A stretch of DNA of 64,000 nucleotides from Bacteroidales bacterium (GTDB lineage: Bacteria; Bacteroidota; Bacteroidia; Bacteroidales; ML635J-15), in contig OY781043.1 in the NCBI GenBank assembly GCA_963676165.1, positions 2,122,793 through 2,186,792 of the forward strand, given 5' to 3'. The first letter of the stretch is position 1, and the number at the start of each line of letters is the position of its first letter. The translations under genes and the position numbers were made by a program. Below are positions 58,702 through 64,000 of this stretch, piece after piece. The notes beneath the pieces are model-generated. The model saw only the letters and a program-made list of their open reading frames with translations. It was not told the DNA's origin and ran no database searches.

Positions 58702-59560
58702 TATTCAGATTTTCAGGCAAAGTATCGATATCTCGATACAATGAATCAATTAACACAGAATCTGGCACATAATTAGGAATCAGGGAAGTATCACTACTCA
58801 ACCATAAATCCACAGATGCACCAAGATTCATATTCTTCACTGTATCAAACGCAGGATACTGCTTATATATTTTAGCCATAGCAGAATCTTCTGCAGATTT
58901 TACTGCTTCATCATAAATCACAGCTCCTACATTGAGGAATTTTTCATTCAGCAAACTGGTAGCAGCATTAACGGAAAGCCCTTCAACATTAGGGACAAAG
59001 GTTTTATCATCGCTCAAACCTTGGCCTAAAACTAAATCCAATGTTGTTCCTTTGAGCAATTCATCACCAGGATTTACTAAATTTCCATTCGCTTTAATTC
59101 TCAAAACCACATTTATCCCAATGTCTGGGATGTACTCAAGCTTACCTATCTCAAAACCGTATGCTTCAAGTGTAGATTTTGCCCTCCTTAATGAAATGTC
59201 TTTCACATTTGGCAAGCTTACCATTTCAGGCATTTCAGAATTTTTTACTAAGTAAATTGTCCGACCTTCTTTCACATGAAATTCTGCCCTCGGATATTGC
59301 TCTGCAATCGCTCCTAGCGCAACTTGATCAGAAAACACAGAATCAACAATCATATATTTTAATTCTTGCTGATTGAGCAAATCCCTCACCTCAGACTCTT
59401 GCAAGCCAATAAGATCCGGAACTGTACATGACTTCCCATGATCTGTATAAACCTTAAGAAACTGTGTCACTCCAAGGAATATCACAACAGATACCAAAAT
59501 AGCAATCAAGAAGTTCACAAGGAACAGACGACTGATTATAAATCTAAAAAATCCTTTCAT
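58691..59560 (-). CDS. PASTA domain membrane protein (3 PASTA repeats)
   Basis: N-terminal TM helix; VPDLIG, LPNVKD and VPNVEG repeats with QYP motifs. Confidence 0.9.
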   Translation of the reverse strand: MKGFFRFIISRLFLVNFLIAILVSVVIFLGVTQFLKVYTDHGKSCTVPDLIGLQESEVRDLLNQQELKYMIVDSVFSDQVALGAIAEQYPRAEFHVKEGRTIYLVKNSEMPEMVSLPNVKDISLRRAKSTLEAYGFEIGKLEYIPDIGINVVLRIKANGNLVNPGDELLKGTTLDLVLGQGLSDDKTFVPNVEGLSVNAATSLLNEKFLNVGAVIYDEAVKSAEDSAMAKIYKQYPAFDTVKNMNLGASVDLWLSSDTSLIPNYVPDSVLIDSLYRDIDTLPENLNNDD

Positions 59561-59709
59561 GTATCGAAATATTTACCAATTTGTAAAAATAACAAATCCT
59601 GACTAATGACAAGTGTTTATGATCGGAAATCCGAATTCTTTTTCAATCAAAACGATTTAGTTTTTGACTTTCTTATCGCTTTTACTAAATTTGGGATAAA
59701 AAGATAATT

Positions 59710-60357
59710 ATGAAAAAGAAAGTAGCACTTATTCTCGCCGGTAGCGGTGTTTATGACGGATCTGAGATACATGAAGCAACAATGGCAATGTATGCCCTTG
59801 CAAAAAATGAATTGGATTATATGTGTTTTGCACCTGACATTCCACAAGCCCATGTCATTAATCATTTGACGGGGGAAGAAATGAAGGAAACCCGCAATGT
59901 TCTCATTGAATCTGCACGACTTGCAAGAGGAGAAGTTAAAAACATCACTGTCCTACAAGCAGATGAGTATGATGCCATTTTGTTTCCAGGAGGATTTGGA
60001 GCTGCCAAAAACTTATCTGACTTTGCATTTAAAGGAGATGGCATGACAGTTCATCCTGAAGTAGAGCGTGTTATTAAAGACTTTCACGCAAAGCAAAAAC
60101 CCATAGGAGCTTTGTGCATAGCACCAACTATTATTGCTAAAGTTTTGGGCGCAAAAGTCACCATTGGCAAAGACCCTGAAACAGCACAAGCAATTATCAA
60201 TATGGGAGGTGTACACGAAGAAAAATCTGCAACAGACATTAGCATTGACGAAACCAACAAAATCGTCACCAATCCATGCTATATGATGGCAAGTAGCGTG
60301 TATGAAATTGGCGAAGGCGCCGAAGCATGTATTGAGGCTCTGAAAGGAATGATGTAA
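59710..60357 (+). CDS. elbB: ElbB/ES1 family glyoxalase (DJ-1/PfpI superfamily)
   Basis: GVYDGSEIHE, ESARLARG, PGGFGAAKNL, LCIAP; TAAATTTG -7 element upstream. Confidence 0.92.
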   Translation: MKKKVALILAGSGVYDGSEIHEATMAMYALAKNELDYMCFAPDIPQAHVINHLTGEEMKETRNVLIESARLARGEVKNITVLQADEYDAILFPGGFGAAKNLSDFAFKGDGMTVHPEVERVIKDFHAKQKPIGALCIAPTIIAKVLGAKVTIGKDPETAQAIINMGGVHEEKSATDISIDETNKIVTNPCYMMASSVYEIGEGAEACIEALKGMM

Positions 60358-60379
60358 CACACTTTACAACAAATATTTA

Positions 60380-60420
60380 GCAGCTGCTTTAATTCATATA
60401 TAAGCAGCTGTTTTCTTTTT
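60380..60420 (+). terminator. Intrinsic terminator after elbB
   Basis: CAGCTGCTT...AAGCAGCTG followed by a T-rich run. Confidence 0.7.
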
Positions 60421-60648
60421 TACATTTCTATTAAATTGAAAATTTTATCAGCAAAACACGAACAAAAAACCGACAAACTTTACATATAATCATTTTGTCT
60501 TTTTGTAGATATTTCAATTAAATTAACGCTTCATTTTTTGTCATTTTAAACATTTTGTGTATTTTGGAGGTTTTGGTACTGAATGTAATTTTTCACGTCC
60601 ATTTTGGACAATTTAAATAATGTTTCATTAAAAACTTAAAATCATTTT

Positions 60649-61092
60649 ATGTTAGAAATCAAAAAGATTGAAAAAGAAGCTGATTTTACAAATATCAGCA
60701 GAGACGAATTCATTGATTTTCTATTTACCCATCTCGACCTTTTTGGTGACCCTAAAGCAGACATTAACAAATGTCTTGACTATGCTTTTTCCGACAATTC
60801 ATCTGAAGGAGGATTTGCGCTTGCTGCATTTTATGAAAGTAAATTAGTTGGTGCTTTAATCATGAACAGAACAGGAATGAAAGGATATATTCCAGAAAAC
60901 ATCCTAGTTTATGTTGCTGTAGATGCACAGTATCGCGGCAAAGGATTTGGTGGACAAATTGTCAAAGAATCGTTTAAACATGCAGATGGCAATGTCAAAC
61001 TTCATGTCGAGTATGACAATCCTGCAAAGCGACTATATGAGCGACTGGGCTTTAAATCCAAATATGCAGAAATGCGTTACGATAACAACTAA
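60649..61092 (+). CDS. GNAT family N-acetyltransferase
   Basis: VAVDAQYRGKGFG; NPAKRLYERLGF. Confidence 0.92.
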   Translation: MLEIKKIEKEADFTNISRDEFIDFLFTHLDLFGDPKADINKCLDYAFSDNSSEGGFALAAFYESKLVGALIMNRTGMKGYIPENILVYVAVDAQYRGKGFGGQIVKESFKHADGNVKLHVEYDNPAKRLYERLGFKSKYAEMRYDNN

Positions 61093-61104
61093 ATACTAGT
61101 TTTC

Positions 61105-61140
61105 AAGAGTTGTCGCAACAGTACGGCAACTCTTTTTCTT
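61105..61140 (+). terminator. Terminator-like hairpin between GNAT and racemase genes
   Basis: AAGAGTTGTCG-N8-CGGCAACTCTT followed by TTTCTT. Confidence 0.65.
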
Positions 61141-61164
61141 TATCGTTAACTTAAAAAACATATT

Positions 61165-62262
61165 ATGGCAGAACTAAGAATAAATATGGGAGAAATCCGC
61201 AACAACATTAAAAAATTAAACACCTATTTATCTGAAAACAATATCCAATGGAGTCTGATTACCAAAGTATTTAGTGGGGACAAAGATTTCATGAAACAAA
61301 TCCTCACTCCAGACATCATTAAAGGCATACATTCCGTAGGAGACAGCCGCCTCTCTAGCTTAAAACGCTTAAAAGAGCTGAATCCTGAATTAATCACCAT
61401 ATACATAAAACCTCCTGCACAGGCCTATGTTGATGATGTAGTGAAGTATGCAGACATATCACTTAATTCATCGTATCGTACTATTGTTTCGCTAAATGAA
61501 GCTGCAAAAAAACAAAATAAAATTCACAAAGTTATCATCATGGTTGAGCTTGGAGAACTCCGCGAGGGCGTTAACCGAGATGATTTGTTTAAATTCTACG
61601 AAAAGGTATTTAAACTTTCTAATATCGAAGCAGTTGGTTTAGGAAGTAATTTAGGTTGCATGTATGGAGTAGAACCCACTTACGACAAACTGCTTCAACT
61701 CCATCTTTACAAAGAACTAATCGAAGCAAAACACGGGTCAAAACTGCCATTAACTTCGGGTGGAAGCTCAATTACCCTACCACTTGTTGAAAATGGAATC
61801 GTCCCCAAAGATATTAATCATTTCCGTATTGGTGAAGCTGCTTTTTTTGGAACAAGTCCTTACGATAATGAACAGTTTTTAAACTTATGTACTGACACAT
61901 TCAACTTCTATGCACAGATTATTGAGTTACACGAAAAGGACATTGTGCCTGACGGTGTAATTAACGATGCCAGCATTGGCCACTCAGCGGAATTTGGCGA
62001 CGAAGATTTGGGGAAAACCACCTATAAAGCAATCCTTGATTTTGGCTTGATAGATGTTGATCAGGAAGGACTTGAGGTTAAGGACAAGGACATTAGTTTT
62101 GTTGGTATCACCTCGGACATGACAGTGATAGATTTAGGCGACAATCGAGACAAAAACGGCAAACCAAAATACAGAGTTGGGGATATGATTTGCATGAACC
62201 CTAGTTACCTTGCTGTTGCAAGATTATTAAATTCAGGATTTATTGAAAAAAAATTCATTTAA
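61165..62262 (+). CDS. PLP-dependent alanine/ornithine racemase-like protein (fold type III)
   Basis: PLP Lys in ITKVF; GDSR, ELGELREG, SGGSS, HFRIGEA, TSDM. Confidence 0.85.
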   Translation: MAELRINMGEIRNNIKKLNTYLSENNIQWSLITKVFSGDKDFMKQILTPDIIKGIHSVGDSRLSSLKRLKELNPELITIYIKPPAQAYVDDVVKYADISLNSSYRTIVSLNEAAKKQNKIHKVIIMVELGELREGVNRDDLFKFYEKVFKLSNIEAVGLGSNLGCMYGVEPTYDKLLQLHLYKELIEAKHGSKLPLTSGGSSITLPLVENGIVPKDINHFRIGEAAFFGTSPYDNEQFLNLCTDTFNFYAQIIELHEKDIVPDGVINDASIGHSAEFGDEDLGKTTYKAILDFGLIDVDQEGLEVKDKDISFVGITSDMTVIDLGDNRDKNGKPKYRVGDMICMNPSYLAVARLLNSGFIEKKFI

Positions 62263-62301
62263 TCCATGTCACAGCTCACAAACATTTTAAGAAAAGATAA
62301 A

Positions 62302-62351
62302 GCAGACTTTCATCCGATTTTCCTTTTGATTTAAATCGGATGAAAATCTGC
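62302..62351. terminator. Long inverted repeat after the racemase gene (terminator or RNA stabiliser)
   Basis: GCAGACTTTCATCCGATTT-N12-AAATCGGATGAAAATCTGC; 19-bp arms with one mismatch. Confidence 0.55.
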
Positions 62352-62457
62352 CGTTTTAACCTTTCTATTAACAATCCAGAGCTCTCAAATTAAGACATTC
62401 TTAGTCTGAACGGATTACAAATCATTCGTAACATGGAAAACAAATTGGGATAGTACC

Positions 62458-62659
62458 GAGGGCAAACTCACACTTTTTTACCAAGAACTTTGAGTAGGTA
62501 ATTTTGATCGTATGCTGCTTTCAACCTTTTTCCTTTAATACCTTGTTTTTCAGATGTTTCAATTTTGAGCAGGTTTAAAGCAATCTTGCTGAGTATTGAA
62601 AAATTTTTGAAAGCATTCCCTGTCCTCTTTCTGGAAGCATCTTCGGAGAAAGCAACATC
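62458..62659 (-). pseudogene. ISAs1-family transposase 3' fragment with probable element end
   Basis: Minus strand translates DVAFSEDASRKRTGNAFKNFSILSKIALNLLK...GIKGKRLKAAYDQNYLLKVLGKKV then stop. AGGGCAA end-like motif at 62459-62465. Not in the ORF track. Confidence 0.85.
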
Positions 62660-62661
62660 TT

Positions 62662-63774
62662 ATACCAATTTAATTTGTTAATGAGCTTTAAAAGCGTTAT
62701 CTTAGAAGCATGTCATTTAAAAGTAGAATACATGTAAAAGAAAATCTTGGATTTTTACGTAAAAAAATCAAAGCGACAAAGGACAGTTATGTTTCACAGC
62801 GAATTAGGAGCCTGATGATTCTAAAGGAAAACCCATGCAAAAGACAATCAGATATTGCTGATGAGCTCTGTATCGGCTATTCCACGTTAAAGCGGTGGTA
62901 TAAAAGTATAGAGAAGAAGGTTTTGAAAAATTCATTCAGCGACCAAAGATTGGGGGCAGCAAAAGTAATATCCCGGCGCATATACATTTGGCATTAGAGA
63001 AAAAACTCCACTCCGGAACCAATCCATTGTTAGGGTATTGGCAAGCCGTTGAATGGGTAGAGTAGATATCAAATATCATACACTACGGCAATATTTACGA
63101 ACTAATTTCAAGACAAAACTGAAATCACCACGTAAATCCCATTACAAAAAAGATGAACAGGCTATTGAAGCCTTTTTAAAAACTCCCGGAGACATTCAAT
63201 CAGATTAGAACAAGTTTAAATAAAAATAAATACAAGTCGGTCAATCTTTACTTTCAGGATGAGAGTAGGTTTGGGCTAATGACCCACGTGGGAAAATGTT
63301 TAACAGCAAGAGGAATAAAACCAATCGCTACCTACCGGCATGCATTTCAGAATACATACTTATATGGTGCCTTTTCTCCAATTGACGGGGATTCATTTGT
63401 TTTTGATATCCCTTGTGTTAGTAGTGAGGCTTTTTACAAATACATTTTAGCATTATCAGGCCACAGGTCAAATGAATTTAAGATAGAGGTCATTGACAAC
63501 GCCGGCTTTCATTCATTACAAAAATACAAGCTCCCCGAAAACATATGCTTTATAAGAATCCCTCCATACTCGCCGGAATTAAATCCTTGCGAAAAAATAT
63601 GGGCATACATTAAACAGCACTTTAAAAATATCGCATTCGGTTCAATACAACAGGTCAGTGATTGGTTGGAAGACTTTATTTGCCATTCAATGAATTAACA
63701 AATTGTCATGTCAATAACTCACGATGAGAAATATGTTAATAATTTTAAGGCTCATGTTCAGGTTTAATTGGTAT
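62662..63774 (+). mobile_element. IS630-family insertion sequence, degenerate
   Basis: Terminal IRs ATACCAATTTAATTTG / CAGGTTTAATTGGTAT followed by TA. HTH ORF from 62710 with extra frameshifts; slippery TTTTTAAAAA near 63173; DDE motifs QDESRFG, IDNAGFH and SPELNPCE; early stop at 63698. Confidence 0.9.
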
Positions 63775-63874
63775 TACATCCTATTTATCTGGATGATATT
63801 CACATTGAAAATTTTTTGTCATGTACTTAGATCCTCCTTAAACAATTTTGAAGCAGAAATTGACTTTGACTTAT

Positions 63875-64000
63875 ATGTTTGTTGACCCACTTGCAGATGC
63901 TCGCAGCCGGGTGTCACCATACAGCTACGTGCAAAACAGTCCGGTAATGAGGGTAGATCCGAGTGGGGCACTGGATGATGATAGTGATGACCGTAATTGT
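63875..64000 (+). CDS. Start of an orphan Rhs C-terminal (polymorphic toxin) module; runs off the window
   Basis: MFVDPLADARSRVSPYSYVQNSPVMRVDPSGALDDDSDDRNC matches the end of the Rhs core (VDPLA...SPY.Y..N.P....DPxG). Confidence 0.75.
   Translation, partial: MFVDPLADARSRVSPYSYVQNSPVMRVDPSGALDDDSDDRNC

Noticed and set aside
62710-63698. Active IS630 transposase using a programmed frameshift
   Set aside because: Besides the slippery site there are extra frame breaks near 62905 and 63060 and an early stop at 63698.

Overview
This is a Bacteroidota chromosomal window, judged from T9SS cargo proteins with type A and type B C-terminal domains, TAnnTTTG promoters and the rseC-rnfBCDGEA gene order. 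Rnf suggests an anaerobe, and the acidic surface proteins suggest a saline habitat. The first 30 kb holds large secreted surface proteins around recG, including a four-gene surface/fibre cluster. Then come a 5'-nucleotidase and the Rnf operon. A complete type II-C CRISPR-Cas locus follows at 37.8-46.6 kb: tracrRNA, 1509-aa cas9, cas1, cas2, and an antisense array of 25 intact 47-nt repeats plus one broken repeat. The most striking feature is an intact HUH/Y1 REP-associated tyrosine transposase (RAYT) gene packed between cas9 and cas1. It carries a 49-bp palindrome inside its own coding sequence, and the oldest CRISPR repeat is split by a small palindromic insertion. The rest is mostly housekeeping: a split transketolase with a vWA gene between the halves, an ECF sigma trio, a C69 peptidase bracketed by inverted heptamer arrays, rluD, elbB, and GNAT plus racemase. 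The window ends in a decayed IS630/ISAs1 nest and the start of an orphan Rhs toxin module missed by the ORF track. All family calls come from motif recognition by eye; no database searches were run.
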